From the IMG/VR virus record IMGVR_UViG_3300006790_000021, positions 1 to 52,626 of that record: 52,626 nt of DNA. One strand, given 5' to 3'. The stretch's first letter is position 1. Each line of letters begins with the position of its first letter. The notes under the pieces were generated by a model. The model had not been told where the DNA came from and made no database searches. It was given only the letters and a program-made list of their open reading frames with translations. This DNA is from a virus. Taxonomy: Duplodnaviria; Caudoviricetes. Positions 7,291 through 17,691 of the stretch are shown piece by piece. Made by a program: the position numbers and the translations under genes.

Positions 7291-9195
7291 ATGGTACCAT
7301 GGATAACTGATTCGGAAGTATTTCCCAACTGTTTTGTAGCTGTATTCTATAATCCTATCACAGAAGATTATAAGATTTTCGGGTTATGGGAAGACGGCAA
7401 CATCAATGAAATGCCACAGCTGGTGAAATTTCTGAAGGATCCCAAGAATATCTTCATAGGCTACAATATCTACGGGTTTGACGGACCGGTCTACCAGTCC
7501 ATCATAGAATGCCCGGAAATCACAACGGATGAGCTTAGGAAGATCCGGGACTCAATTATTACAAGTAAAAGCAAACAACCCCTGATCCCCACATATAACT
7601 GGGATTTCAAGGGATATTGTTTATATAAAATGTGGCACTATGATAATAGGGCTCGTGCCACTAGCCTGAAGCATCTGGAGTTTGTATATAGAATGAAATC
7701 CATTAAAGATCTTCCTTATCATCATGATTCTAAAATAAACACACAAACAGCGTATAACAATGTTATCAGCTATTGTAAACATGATGTTAAAGCCACTTAT
7801 ATTCATTTTCTGAATAGTAAGGAAAAGATTAAGGCACGCCGGCTTATTAAAAAAAAGTTTGATTTGAATCTAGATCATTCTTCAGATAGTTCTATGGGCA
7901 TGAAGATCATACTCTATAATCTTGCAAAGGCCTATAAGACCACCATGAAAAGTTTCAGGAACAAGTATACAGAGTATAAAAAAATAAATATTGCCACCAT
8001 TCCGAGGCCTGAGTTTAAGGCCCGGACCGGAATCTGTAAAAGATTAATTGATGACCATTTTAGTCCTATTGTTCTTCACGGAGAAAAGGATCCAGAGACT
8101 GGTAGAATGGTGTTTAATCTTAAAGAAAATAAGTATGAGTTTGACTGGAGTGGAATTACTTCAAAAGTTGGTTTCGGCGGAATACACGGCTGTATTGAGA
8201 AAGGAGTCTATGATAGTGATAGTGACTGGATCATCAAAAGTTCTGATGTCACCAGCCAGTATCCCAACGCTGTCATTAACTGGAATATCTTTCCTAAACA
8301 CCTTGGTGCCAAATTCTGTAAAGTGTTCCGGGAAAAGGTTTATAATGAGCGTGGTAAATATCCCAAAAAAACCCACTTTGCAATGAATAACACCTACAAG
8401 TTGGCATGTAATGCAGCTGTGGGTAAATTTGCAGATAAGTATTCTTCTCTATATGATATTAGATGTAATCTCCAGGTTACTGTAAACTGTCAACTAGGTA
8501 TTCTTGCCTTAGCTGAAGATCTTATAGATAGTATTCCTGGTGCACAACTACTCATGCTTAATACAGATGGTCTGGAAATTAGAATCCCAAGAAGTTATGA
8601 GAGTATCTGGAAAAGAGCATGTAATAATTGGGAAAAACTGACCAAATTTAAACTTGAACATATTGAATATCAAAAGCTTGTGATTGACAATGTAAATAAC
8701 TATATTGCACTATCAGTAGATGGAAAAGTTAAGAGAAAGGGAAGATTCCGGATCTATGATGATTTTCTCGGGGTTGACTCTTATCATAATGATCCATCTG
8801 CAACAATCATCCCCCTGGCACTTAATGAATATTTCACCAAGGGTACCCCAATAGAAGACACTGTAAATGCATGTAATAATATTCATGAATTTGTTTTTGG
8901 GGTAAAGAAGACAAAAGCCTTCAATTATGTAGTTCTTGTAGCTAATACCAATAGAACAGTAAGTATAAAGAAATACAAGGAAAGAGTATTCAGATACTAT
9001 ATCAGTACCAGCGCAAAAGCAGGAAATCTGTATAAGCTCTGGATGGATGGCAGACTGAATGCAATCAATAAGGGAGATCTAATCATCCCCTGTAGAAGTC
9101 TCCGGTCACCAAAGGCCAGCAAATATCCTGACCTTAACCGTGAGTATTATATTAACAAAGCCCATGAGATACGGTCTGAAATTGAAGCAATATGA
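7291..9195 (+). CDS. polB: family B DNA polymerase with 3'-5' exonuclease
   Basis: Exonuclease motifs DSE, GYN..FD and YC..D; polymerase motifs DVTSQYP, KLACN...G and NTDG. Confidence 0.9.
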   Translation: MVPWITDSEVFPNCFVAVFYNPITEDYKIFGLWEDGNINEMPQLVKFLKDPKNIFIGYNIYGFDGPVYQSIIECPEITTDELRKIRDSIITSKSKQPLIPTYNWDFKGYCLYKMWHYDNRARATSLKHLEFVYRMKSIKDLPYHHDSKINTQTAYNNVISYCKHDVKATYIHFLNSKEKIKARRLIKKKFDLNLDHSSDSSMGMKIILYNLAKAYKTTMKSFRNKYTEYKKINIATIPRPEFKARTGICKRLIDDHFSPIVLHGEKDPETGRMVFNLKENKYEFDWSGITSKVGFGGIHGCIEKGVYDSDSDWIIKSSDVTSQYPNAVINWNIFPKHLGAKFCKVFREKVYNERGKYPKKTHFAMNNTYKLACNAAVGKFADKYSSLYDIRCNLQVTVNCQLGILALAEDLIDSIPGAQLLMLNTDGLEIRIPRSYESIWKRACNNWEKLTKFKLEHIEYQKLVIDNVNNYIALSVDGKVKRKGRFRIYDDFLGVDSYHNDPSATIIPLALNEYFTKGTPIEDTVNACNNIHEFVFGVKKTKAFNYVVLVANTNRTVSIKKYKERVFRYYISTSAKAGNLYKLWMDGRLNAINKGDLIIPCRSLRSPKASKYPDLNREYYINKAHEIRSEIEAI

Positions 9196-9202
9196 ATAAG
9201 TC

Positions 9203-9394
9203 ATGGAAATAATAATAGCAAACAGGGGAAGTACCGGATCGCCTTATGCGACCTACTGGATTCTTAGAGTTGCAAATAGAGAATATCTGAGGGAATATCA
9301 GAGGAAATCAAGGTCTGTAAACTTAATGGAACATTTAATCAACTCATACAAGAAAGTATATGAAAGTAATCGTGTCTGGGGGAAAAAGGTCTAA
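9203..9394 (+). CDS. small hypothetical protein (MEIIIANRGS...)
   Basis: 63-aa ORF filling the gap after polB; N-terminus resembles the microproteins at 1771-2712. Confidence 0.55.
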   Translation: MEIIIANRGSTGSPYATYWILRVANREYLREYQRKSRSVNLMEHLINSYKKVYESNRVWGKKV

Positions 9395-9417
9395 AAGAAC
9401 TTGGTACATCCTCTATA

Positions 9418-10566
9418 TTGAAAAACTTAGACAACTGTAATGATATTTCTGATACAATGCAACAAGCAAAGAATAAGATACAGAAAGAGATTGTAAAGAA
9501 ACTCCAGGCTACTGGAGGGCATGGGCTAATTGAGATAGCCACTGGTAGCGGCAAGACCAAAGCCATCATTGACTACATCATGTCCCGTACAGATAGTCCT
9601 AAAGTACTTTGGGTAGTACCCAAGGCTGACATCAGAGACATTACAGTGCCTGCAGAGTGGGCAAAGTGGGGATATCTCGATTTCTTCACTCACAATGTGA
9701 AGACAATCTGTTATAAGTCCCTACATAAAGAGACGGCCTACTATGATCTGATCGTATTGGATGAGGGACACAATATCACTATAAGAAGTTACAGTTGTGA
9801 TACCATGCGGTACAGGAAATACAGTGGTGTGCTGTTCCTGTCAGCTACTATCCCCAAGAGAGGGATAAAGCTCAAGATCCTCAAACATATGCGCATGCCC
9901 CTGGTTGAGAGTATAGATGTGGATGAAGCTGTTGACCTGAAGCTTGTAGCACCATTCAAGATCCGGGTATTTCCAGTGGAGATGGGTCAGATAAAAGACT
10001 TTAAGGTCAAGACCAAACAACACGAGTATGTAACTACAGAGTTTAAAAGATATTCTATTCTGAACAAACATATTGGCAGATACCCCAGAGGTAAGGCCCC
10101 AAAAACTCTTTACCTGACAAGAATGAGGAGTATTTCCATGTTTAAGAGTAAAGTCAGGGCAGCTAAAATAATCTTGGATCAAATCTCCAAGAACAAGAGA
10201 ATACTCATCTTTTGTGGAAGCATAAAGGTTGCTAATCAAATATGCCCTTATACTTACCACTCCAAGACTGATCTTGTAGACTATAAACAATTTAATGACA
10301 AAAAGATCAACCGACTAGCAGTCGTTCAGTCCCTGAATGAGGGTCATAATATGACAGATGTAGATATAGCCATTATGCTCCAGGTAAACTCTAATAAAAG
10401 ACACTATATCCAACGCCAAGGACGCGCCATCAGGTGGAGAAAAGGGCACAAGGCAGAAATTATTATTTTCTACAGTAAGAACACTGTAGATTACCATTGG
10501 GTAAAGAGCTCCCTGGAAGGGATAGATCCAAAAAAGATTACTTATGAAAAACCTTTGAGTGTATGA
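9418..10566 (+). CDS. superfamily 2 (DExH) helicase (start possibly ATG 9457)
   Basis: ATGSGKT, DEGH, SAT, LNEGHN and QRQGRAIR. Confidence 0.92.
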   Translation: MKNLDNCNDISDTMQQAKNKIQKEIVKKLQATGGHGLIEIATGSGKTKAIIDYIMSRTDSPKVLWVVPKADIRDITVPAEWAKWGYLDFFTHNVKTICYKSLHKETAYYDLIVLDEGHNITIRSYSCDTMRYRKYSGVLFLSATIPKRGIKLKILKHMRMPLVESIDVDEAVDLKLVAPFKIRVFPVEMGQIKDFKVKTKQHEYVTTEFKRYSILNKHIGRYPRGKAPKTLYLTRMRSISMFKSKVRAAKIILDQISKNKRILIFCGSIKVANQICPYTYHSKTDLVDYKQFNDKKINRLAVVQSLNEGHNMTDVDIAIMLQVNSNKRHYIQRQGRAIRWRKGHKAEIIIFYSKNTVDYHWVKSSLEGIDPKKITYEKPLSV

Positions 10567-11042
10567 AGTTACGCAAAGACATTACACAACTGATTATGCG
10601 TCTGGAGAAACCTATAGTAGGATTACTTCAGGCTCATAATCTAATTACACGCAAGAGCAAGAACCTTGCTATTGCTGAACTTACTCCTGAAGCCAAGGTA
10701 CTTATTGGTCAGGATGAAGAATTAATTACTGATAAATGGCTTCAAAAGTGGAGAAACCTGTGGCCACCCTATCAGAAGGGAGACCTTGAGGTGATTAGAA
10801 AGAAAATCAACAGGTTTATTCAAGAAGAAGATGCAGATTTAGATATGATCTGGCGTGCCACAGAAAAGCATATTGCCTCTGTAACTGAACCAAAGTATGC
10901 GGGCAATGCCAATAACTTTTTCTACAAACAAAATCCTGATGGGACTGTAGTATCAAGATGCAAGCAGTATCTTTATGAGGCGGCCCAGGAACCTGAATTG
11001 CCATTTGGAGGAGAGATGCTTGATGACTTAGATGATTTCTAA
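10563..11042 (+). CDS. putative replication initiator / helicase-loader-like protein
   Basis: Lies just before DnaB; helical W..LWP pattern and acidic tail; function inferred from position. Confidence 0.45.
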   Translation: MKLRKDITQLIMRLEKPIVGLLQAHNLITRKSKNLAIAELTPEAKVLIGQDEELITDKWLQKWRNLWPPYQKGDLEVIRKKINRFIQEEDADLDMIWRATEKHIASVTEPKYAGNANNFFYKQNPDGTVVSRCKQYLYEAAQEPELPFGGEMLDDLDDF

Positions 11043-11091
11043 GAAATATAATCATCAGGGTGAGTAAATCTCTTTATAAAAGAAATGGGGT

Positions 11092-12021
11092 ATGAAGGAT
11101 TATAAGCAGGCTAGTAATGATGCAAAAAGATACATTGAGGGTAGGATGTCTGGAGATATCCGGAGTCTTAAAACCCCGTGGCCAACTCTAAATAAAGCTG
11201 GTATTGATGGTCTTGAGTGGGGAACTGTAAACATTATAGGAGCTATGTCAGGCGTCGGGAAAACAGCCCTGATGAATGAGCTTGTCTTTGCAGTTGATGA
11301 TCTGAATCCTTTTGATGATATAGCTGTATGTTTCTTTACTATGGAAATGGCTGCAGCCAGGATCATAGAAAGAATGATAAGTCGGGAACTTGGAATAGCT
11401 GTTAAAGATATTCATACTAGTGGAGAAGAAACTTTGAAAAAGATCAAGGAGAACATTATTCCAAAGCATGATAAGCTGGATATTAGATTTGTTGAAAAGA
11501 TGTACACTATAGGTAAGATTAAGGAAATCATTCAGGCTTTCTGTTCCAAAAGATTGGATAAAAAATGTCTGATTGTTTATGATCACTCCTTACTGGTGAG
11601 ACGTCTTCCCAAACAAACTGAAAGGGATGCTTTAGTAAATTTTGGCAAGGAATTACTTATGCTTAAGAAGCAGTTTCCCAACAGTCAGTATATGATCTTG
11701 AGTCAACTGAACAGGGCCATTGAAATGCCCGAAAGAATTAGAAATAAACAGCTCCATTATCCAATGAAAAGTGATATCTTTGGTTCAGACTCCCTATGGC
11801 AGGCATCTGATACAGCTCTGGTGATGCATGACCCTCACAGGCTGAATATTGTAGAATATGGACCTCTTAGATTTCCAACAAAAGGTGTTTTGTTTGGTCA
11901 TCTATTAAAAGTAAGAGAGGGGAGACTTGGCATGTTTGTAGTAAAGAATGAGGCCAAGTTTAATAGGTTTCCGCAACTTACAAAGGCGGAAAAAATAGCT
12001 TATGGATTTTATAAGAAATGA
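11092..12021 (+). CDS. dnaB: DnaB-like replicative helicase (C-terminal RecA domain only)
   Basis: GAMSGVGKT, FTMEM, IVYDH, SQLNR and SDIFGSDSLWQASD. Confidence 0.92.
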   Translation: MKDYKQASNDAKRYIEGRMSGDIRSLKTPWPTLNKAGIDGLEWGTVNIIGAMSGVGKTALMNELVFAVDDLNPFDDIAVCFFTMEMAAARIIERMISRELGIAVKDIHTSGEETLKKIKENIIPKHDKLDIRFVEKMYTIGKIKEIIQAFCSKRLDKKCLIVYDHSLLVRRLPKQTERDALVNFGKELLMLKKQFPNSQYMILSQLNRAIEMPERIRNKQLHYPMKSDIFGSDSLWQASDTALVMHDPHRLNIVEYGPLRFPTKGVLFGHLLKVREGRLGMFVVKNEAKFNRFPQLTKAEKIAYGFYKK

Positions 12022-12527
12022 CAAGAACTGAAGCAATCAATAAAATGGAAGAGCTAACTGGTCTTGATATCATAAACGGACATATAAGAGGTATATATAG
12101 TGACAATACTGAAATGACCTTTGGGGTGTTTGAAAATGAGATGATATCTGATCATGATTTCTTCTTCATACCTGTAGTAAGAGAAAAACCCATAGAATTG
12201 TTTCATAACCGGTACGAAGTCTGGGTACTTTCTCACGCAACTATGGTAAAGGCTTTCAAGGATCCCAATGCAAGAGTTAAGACTCCCTCTGATGGGAGAG
12301 GTAATTGGAAAAAATGGATCTTTGACATTAAGGAGGCCAAAAGAGTCTATCCTGTAAAAAAATTAACACTTGAACCTGCACCAGTAATACCGGCAGACAA
12401 GCTTACTGTACGTGATAAGGTATGTATAGAACTAAAGATACCTAAGGCTGATACGCCTTGGGTAAATGATTTAATTGAAGAAGCCAATAAAAGGCAATTA
12501 CTAAAATTATCAATGTTAAATGACTGA
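12018..12527 (+). CDS. phage hypothetical protein
   Basis: ATGA-coupled; C-terminal LTVRD..CI...P....WVNDLI motif. Confidence 0.7.
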   Translation: MTRTEAINKMEELTGLDIINGHIRGIYSDNTEMTFGVFENEMISDHDFFFIPVVREKPIELFHNRYEVWVLSHATMVKAFKDPNARVKTPSDGRGNWKKWIFDIKEAKRVYPVKKLTLEPAPVIPADKLTVRDKVCIELKIPKADTPWVNDLIEEANKRQLLKLSMLND

Positions 12528-13308
12528 CATTCCAACTCGCGTGGAAAAAGAACCACGCCTGATCAAGAGACTACTCATTGTAAGCCAGCCTAAGGTTGGT
12601 AAAACTCATGCACTGACACTCTTGCCTAATAATTATGTTCTCAACTATGACGACTCATTAGCTCATTTTGGTGCTAAAGGTGTAAACATGATGTCCTATG
12701 CTGCAGAGCAGGGGGTACATCCTATTATAGCAACTAAGATGATTGCCAAAGGTCTTAATCAGATGAAGAAAGAAAATGGAGGCGTATGTCCCTATGACTT
12801 CATTACTTTAGACACTATTACAGAGATAGAGGCTTTATGTGAATCATATGCTAAACAGAAATATCAGAAAACACCTCAGGGTGAAGATTTTAAAGGTAAT
12901 CTTCTCACTGATCTTGAGTACGGAGCAGGTTATCTAAAACTTAGGGATGCCGTTAATGAAATCCTTAGAGTTTTTTGGAATTTACCGGCCAAGACTCTGA
13001 TTATTTGCGGCCATCTAAGAGAAAGCTCTGTAAAGGCTAGAGGAAGTACTGTTGCTGCAGTGGATATTGGCCTGACAGGCAAACTTAAACAGATAGTATC
13101 ACAAAAATGCGATGCTATCGGAACTCTCTACAGGAGCCCTGATAATGATAAGACTAATATTCTAAGTTTTGTAACAAGGACTAATGATCTTGTCACTGGA
13201 GCCCGTCCTGAACACCTCAGGGGGAAGGAGTTTGAACTCTCCCACCTTGAAGATGATGATTCTTTAATTGTTAACTGGGAACAAATATTTCCCGATCTTA
13301 AATCTTGA
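12520..13308 (+). CDS. AAA_24 / Sak4-like ATPase (single-strand annealing recombinase)
   Basis: SQPKVGKT, ITLDTIT, YGAGY, IICGH and CDAIG. Confidence 0.82.
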   Translation: MTDIPTRVEKEPRLIKRLLIVSQPKVGKTHALTLLPNNYVLNYDDSLAHFGAKGVNMMSYAAEQGVHPIIATKMIAKGLNQMKKENGGVCPYDFITLDTITEIEALCESYAKQKYQKTPQGEDFKGNLLTDLEYGAGYLKLRDAVNEILRVFWNLPAKTLIICGHLRESSVKARGSTVAAVDIGLTGKLKQIVSQKCDAIGTLYRSPDNDKTNILSFVTRTNDLVTGARPEHLRGKEFELSHLEDDDSLIVNWEQIFPDLKS

Positions 13309-13311
13309 TTT

Positions 13312-13944
13312 ATGAGTAAATATGGTTTTGGTGAAGACCAGGTAAAAGTAATTAAAGGCTTTCCACTCAGTGAATGTGTGGATAATGTAAGCCTTGAAAG
13401 CGCCTCCTATGAAAAAGGAGAACAAAAGAACGGTGAACCGTTTGAAGCTATTGATTTTATATACTCACGTCCTGATGGTGGAAGACTTAGGGACAGGATG
13501 TTTGATGTCAATGAGGATAATATTGAGCCTCGGGGTGAAAAAACTCTTGAGGAAACAATCAAGAATGAATATGTAAATTTCAATACCCGTCTCTATGAAA
13601 TTGCAGGGGCATTCGGTATTTCTAGGTCTGAACTGAATGAAGTATGTATAGGTCATGACAATTTTAAGAGCTTTGCAGACACCTACTGTAAGAAGATCAA
13701 TGAAGAGTCTGCGGGCAAGACTGTCTATATCAAGACTGTCAAAAAGAAAGGAGGTTTTATTAATGCCGCAAGATTTGGATTTATCCAGGCTGGTGATGGT
13801 GACTGTACTTTAGAGTGGAGTGACTATGAGAAGAAGCAAAATAAAAAGAATAGTAGACCAGCAGCCAAGACTGAGGCTGTTAGTGAAAGTACAGTTGTAG
13901 CTGAGGTAGAAGATGATGATGATGACTGGCTGGATGATGTATAA
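13312..13944 (+). CDS. putative single-stranded DNA-binding protein
   Basis: Follows the Sak4-like gene; beta-rich N-terminus and acidic aromatic tail DDDDDWLDDV. Confidence 0.6.
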   Translation: MSKYGFGEDQVKVIKGFPLSECVDNVSLESASYEKGEQKNGEPFEAIDFIYSRPDGGRLRDRMFDVNEDNIEPRGEKTLEETIKNEYVNFNTRLYEIAGAFGISRSELNEVCIGHDNFKSFADTYCKKINEESAGKTVYIKTVKKKGGFINAARFGFIQAGDGDCTLEWSDYEKKQNKKNSRPAAKTEAVSESTVVAEVEDDDDDWLDDV

Positions 13945-13946
13945 CC

Positions 13947-13973
13947 AAAAGGGGCCTTGTGCCCCTATTTTTT
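13947..13973 (+). terminator. intrinsic terminator
   Basis: AGGGGC-CTTGT-GCCCCT stem-loop followed by ATTTTTT. Confidence 0.8.
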
Positions 13974-13993
13974 CCTATGTATATTAGCAGCTA

Positions 13994-14200
13994 ATGAAGA
14001 GAAAAATTAATCTTAGTTATTACATTAAAGAGGTAGTAGAGCTGGAAGGTAAGAATTCAGAGGATATTGCTAAAAAGCTTGAAAAGTACCTTAAGAATAG
14101 AAATACTGAACATGTCAGCATTCATTACATGCAAGATGATAGAGGAGAAGTTGTAGATCCTAATCTTATTATGAAACACATGTCTTCTAAATACTGGTAA
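13994..14200 (+). CDS. hypothetical protein
   Basis: 68-aa ORF abutting the primase gene. Confidence 0.7.
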   Translation: MKRKINLSYYIKEVVELEGKNSEDIAKKLEKYLKNRNTEHVSIHYMQDDRGEVVDPNLIMKHMSSKYW

Positions 14201-14201
14201 A

Positions 14202-15260
14202 ATGCAGTACGGGTTTGGATCTTCAGATATCCGTATCTCTACTAAAAAACAGCTTAATCAGTATATTAAGGATGAACAGATCTATCATCATTATTTAGGC
14301 GAGTTTGAGCTTAATGAGTATATGATCTCCCCAAGAGGAGAATCTACTCCTAGTTTTATTATTGATCTTTATGAAGATGAGTTAGTATGGCGGGATTTTG
14401 GCTATGATCACAGGCCTCAGAATGCAGTGTCGCTCTTAATGTATTTGGAAGAAATCCAGGGCAGAAAAATGAGTTATAAACAGGCGCTACAACAGATTTT
14501 TGAGGATCTGCGAGACACCAAACCTTATGAAGTAGATATGACTAAAGTAGAGGAAAATCCTCTGGATATGAGAATACGGTATCGGGACAAATTCTATGAC
14601 TTTGAGAAAGAATATTGGAAGTCCCAGATGATAAAGAAGAGATCCACACTCAAAAACTTTAATGTATATGCAGGAGAAGTTTGGAAAAATGACAGGTGCA
14701 TTGACTACAGTCATCGTAATAATCCCGTGTTTATCTACTTATTCAATGCTGCCACACCAGCATGGAAAGCCTATAGACCGGCTAACACTACAGTTAGATT
14801 CCTTGAATTCAATTGCAGAAATCTCATACAGGGGTGGTGCAGGCTCAGGGTTAGGCCGGAATTTTACACTCATAGGGAGCAGAAATTCCGTTTACCCACC
14901 CATCATGCTCCTCTTCATCCGGAAAAACGGGATCTGGTTATCACAAAAAGTTACAAGGATGTTATATCTTATTGGGACTCTCTCGGACTATCATCACTTG
15001 CTCCACAGTCAGAAACAGAATTTCTTGAAGGATGGATGATTGAGGCCCTGGAAGAGTACTTTAATCTTTATATTAATTATGATCCTGACTTTACTGGCCT
15101 GAAGCATATGAAGATGTACAGTGAAAAGTACAATTTACCCTATTTCCATTTTGGCAATGAGGAAGTGAAGGACTTCACTGAACTTAGAATTAAATTGAAT
15201 GGTGACGATAATGCCGCTAAAAAAATAGTAAAACATTTAATGAATGAAAGTATCAGATAA
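14202..15260 (+). CDS. dnaG: DnaG-like (TOPRIM) primase
   Basis: SP.GESTPSF, WRDFG, KAYRP, ITKSYKDV, APQSE, YDPDFTG and KDFTE. Confidence 0.8.
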   Translation: MQYGFGSSDIRISTKKQLNQYIKDEQIYHHYLGEFELNEYMISPRGESTPSFIIDLYEDELVWRDFGYDHRPQNAVSLLMYLEEIQGRKMSYKQALQQIFEDLRDTKPYEVDMTKVEENPLDMRIRYRDKFYDFEKEYWKSQMIKKRSTLKNFNVYAGEVWKNDRCIDYSHRNNPVFIYLFNAATPAWKAYRPANTTVRFLEFNCRNLIQGWCRLRVRPEFYTHREQKFRLPTHHAPLHPEKRDLVITKSYKDVISYWDSLGLSSLAPQSETEFLEGWMIEALEEYFNLYINYDPDFTGLKHMKMYSEKYNLPYFHFGNEEVKDFTELRIKLNGDDNAAKKIVKHLMNESIR

Positions 15261-15918
15261 GGTAAAGAAGGCCGTTCTTGGTACATGGTATGATATTATT
15301 ACAAGACAATGGAATATGGAAAGAATATTGGATGTAACTCTTGACGGAGTTATAAAAGAGTTTAAAAAAGGAACTGTGTATCCGCTCAAAAGACATATAT
15401 TCCGATCAATGTTAGAATGTTCCTATGATACTGTAAGAGTAGTGTTTATAGGACAAGATCCTTACCATGATGGCAAAGCTACCGGTCTTGCATTTGCTAA
15501 TGAAGAAGAGCCGCTAAGCCCCTCCTTGAGAATTCTTAAAGAAGAATGGGAGGATAACCAAAATGGCGGCACATTTGATCATACTTTAATATCATGGGCT
15601 CAACAAGGGGTACTGCTCCTTAATACAGCACTTACCGTAAGAGAAGGTGAACCCAAGAGTCATTTCCCAATTTGGGAACTATGGACTAAGAGATTTATAA
15701 GAAATCTCTCAAAGGAAAAATCTGACCTACTCTATGTAATGTTTGGAAAGAAAGCCCAGGCTTGGGAAGCCTATATAGAACATGGACATGTGCTTCATGT
15801 TGTACATCCCGCGGCTGAAACCTATGCGCAAGGTGGTGCAGGTTTCTATGGATGTAAGTTTTATGACAAAGTAAATAATCAATTGAAAACGCTTAATCAA
15901 GAACCTATTATATGGTAA
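15244..15918 (+). CDS. ung: uracil-DNA glycosylase family 1
   Basis: GQDPYH, GLAF, SPSL, GVLLLNTALTV and HPAA. Confidence 0.95.
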   Translation: MKVSDKVKKAVLGTWYDIITRQWNMERILDVTLDGVIKEFKKGTVYPLKRHIFRSMLECSYDTVRVVFIGQDPYHDGKATGLAFANEEEPLSPSLRILKEEWEDNQNGGTFDHTLISWAQQGVLLLNTALTVREGEPKSHFPIWELWTKRFIRNLSKEKSDLLYVMFGKKAQAWEAYIEHGHVLHVVHPAAETYAQGGAGFYGCKFYDKVNNQLKTLNQEPIIW

Positions 15919-17231
15919 CACAGTGTATCAAAGAGATCAATACTATAGTTAGAGACATCATAATTGAAGCTCCTCATTATGGATTGATACTTAGTTCAGT
16001 TAATAGATACGTAGCTCCTGTGAGTGAGAATAGTGGAATTGAAGTATCTACAGCAGGTGTCTATAAAAAAGGCATCAATCAGTTCATGGTAATCAACCCC
16101 GTATTCTGGACACAATTTTTACAGAACAAGAAAGAGAAGAAATTTGTTCTTCTTCATGAACTACTTCATATCTGCTTCAATCACCCTATTATGGGTACTA
16201 AATACTCTAATAAGGAGTTATTCAATATAGCGGCTGATATTGAAATTAACCAGCATGTAATGAAGGTAAACAACACTACCATGCCCTCACTGGTTCCTGG
16301 TATGACTCTGGATGCTTTTAATCTGAATGAACAAAGACATCGTGAACAAGGTACTAACTATTATTATCAGCTCTTAAAAAAAGAGATGGAAAAAGAGAGT
16401 TCTGCCGGTAAGAAATGTAAGCAGATTTGTGATGCTATGAGAGGTCAGGGTATGGGTGGTGATGGTTCTAGTAATGATGATCAAGGAAACAGAAACGGGG
16501 AAGGAGATGGTATACCTGAATATGATAACCATCCAACATGGAGAGAGTTTAACGGTCTTAGTGAAAGTGAAAAGAGACTGGTTGAGGCTCAGACAGGAAA
16601 GCAGATAGCTAAGGCCGTCAGTATGAACTCAAAGGCTATAGGAAATCTTCCTGGTTACCTTAGAGAAATGATCGAGGAGATTCTTAATCCTAAACCTACC
16701 TATAACTGGAAAAAAATCTTTAGAAGACTTTATACAGGTTATGCAGACACTACTTATCTAAAGAAAAGCAGGAAACGGGAGAGTATCAGGTTCCCGGGAA
16801 TGCCTGCCATAAAAATCAAGCGTCATAGCAGGGTGCTTGTAGCTGTAGATACATCAGGATCCATATCTTCAGATGAACTTATTGAATTCTTTACAGAAAT
16901 TGAGGGTATGCGTAGATCTGGTGTTGAGATTATTGTAGCAGAGTGTGACACACATATTCCAAAAGAGGGAATCTACAAGTATAGAAACCTGAACACAATC
17001 AAGAATCGGAATATAACCGGCGGGGGCGGTACCTCTTTTGAGGAACCAATCAGGTATCTCAATGAGAAAGCCAACCGGTTCAATATGCTTATATACTTTA
17101 CTGACGGGTGGGCCAGCATTCCGAAAACAAAGTCAGTAAAACCTGTTGTATGGGTATTATCACGCAGGGGAAAAAACCTTGAAGACTTCACAAATTATCC
17201 AGGATTTACAATTAAGATTAAAGATGCTTAA
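15912..17231 (+). CDS. zincin metallopeptidase-like plus vWA domain protein (DUF2201-like)
   Basis: HELLH...NIAADIEIN; MIDAS motif VAVDTSGS, GGGGT and YFTDG. Confidence 0.88.
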   Translation: MVTQCIKEINTIVRDIIIEAPHYGLILSSVNRYVAPVSENSGIEVSTAGVYKKGINQFMVINPVFWTQFLQNKKEKKFVLLHELLHICFNHPIMGTKYSNKELFNIAADIEINQHVMKVNNTTMPSLVPGMTLDAFNLNEQRHREQGTNYYYQLLKKEMEKESSAGKKCKQICDAMRGQGMGGDGSSNDDQGNRNGEGDGIPEYDNHPTWREFNGLSESEKRLVEAQTGKQIAKAVSMNSKAIGNLPGYLREMIEEILNPKPTYNWKKIFRRLYTGYADTTYLKKSRKRESIRFPGMPAIKIKRHSRVLVAVDTSGSISSDELIEFFTEIEGMRRSGVEIIVAECDTHIPKEGIYKYRNLNTIKNRNITGGGGTSFEEPIRYLNEKANRFNMLIYFTDGWASIPKTKSVKPVVWVLSRRGKNLEDFTNYPGFTIKIKDA

Positions 17232-17691
17232 CTTATTAAAACCTAAAACCAAGAAACTTGAACTGGGAGACCTGTTTATCGTTTCAGACATTTCAGAGAT
17301 TATTAGCTTTTCCATTGTTCTGTATTCAGGAAAATATGATCTGCAGAATCTTGCTCAGGTGAATATTAGTAAAGAAAATGAAAAACAATATCTGAATATT
17401 GCTAAAACAATAGCCGAACATTTGGATCTGGAAATAGAGAAGATTCATACTATTGTTATTGAAGCTGTAGATAAAGAATCAGATCAGGAGATGATCAAGG
17501 CTCTTGAGAAAGGTAAGACTGGTAAACATAAGAATATTGATTTTCTATGTGTACTTGAAGAACCAGAGCAAATTGAAAATATTAATAGTCTCTTTATCTC
17601 TGATGACAAAACAAACAGAGATATGGCAGCATATATGCTTATTGCAGCTATAAATGATACTCTTGAGTATGTACTTAATAAAAAAGGGTGA
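17224..17691 (+). CDS. MoxR/vWA-module accessory protein
   Basis: ATG 17224 overlaps the end of the vWA gene; C-terminal LFISDDKTNRDMA motif. Confidence 0.7.
   Translation: MLNLLKPKTKKLELGDLFIVSDISEIISFSIVLYSGKYDLQNLAQVNISKENEKQYLNIAKTIAEHLDLEIEKIHTIVIEAVDKESDQEMIKALEKGKTGKHKNIDFLCVLEEPEQIENINSLFISDDKTNRDMAAYMLIAAINDTLEYVLNKKG

Noticed and set aside
11092-12021. DnaB lacking its N-terminal domain as a pseudogene
   Set aside because: All helicase motifs are intact, and short DnaB proteins are common in phages.
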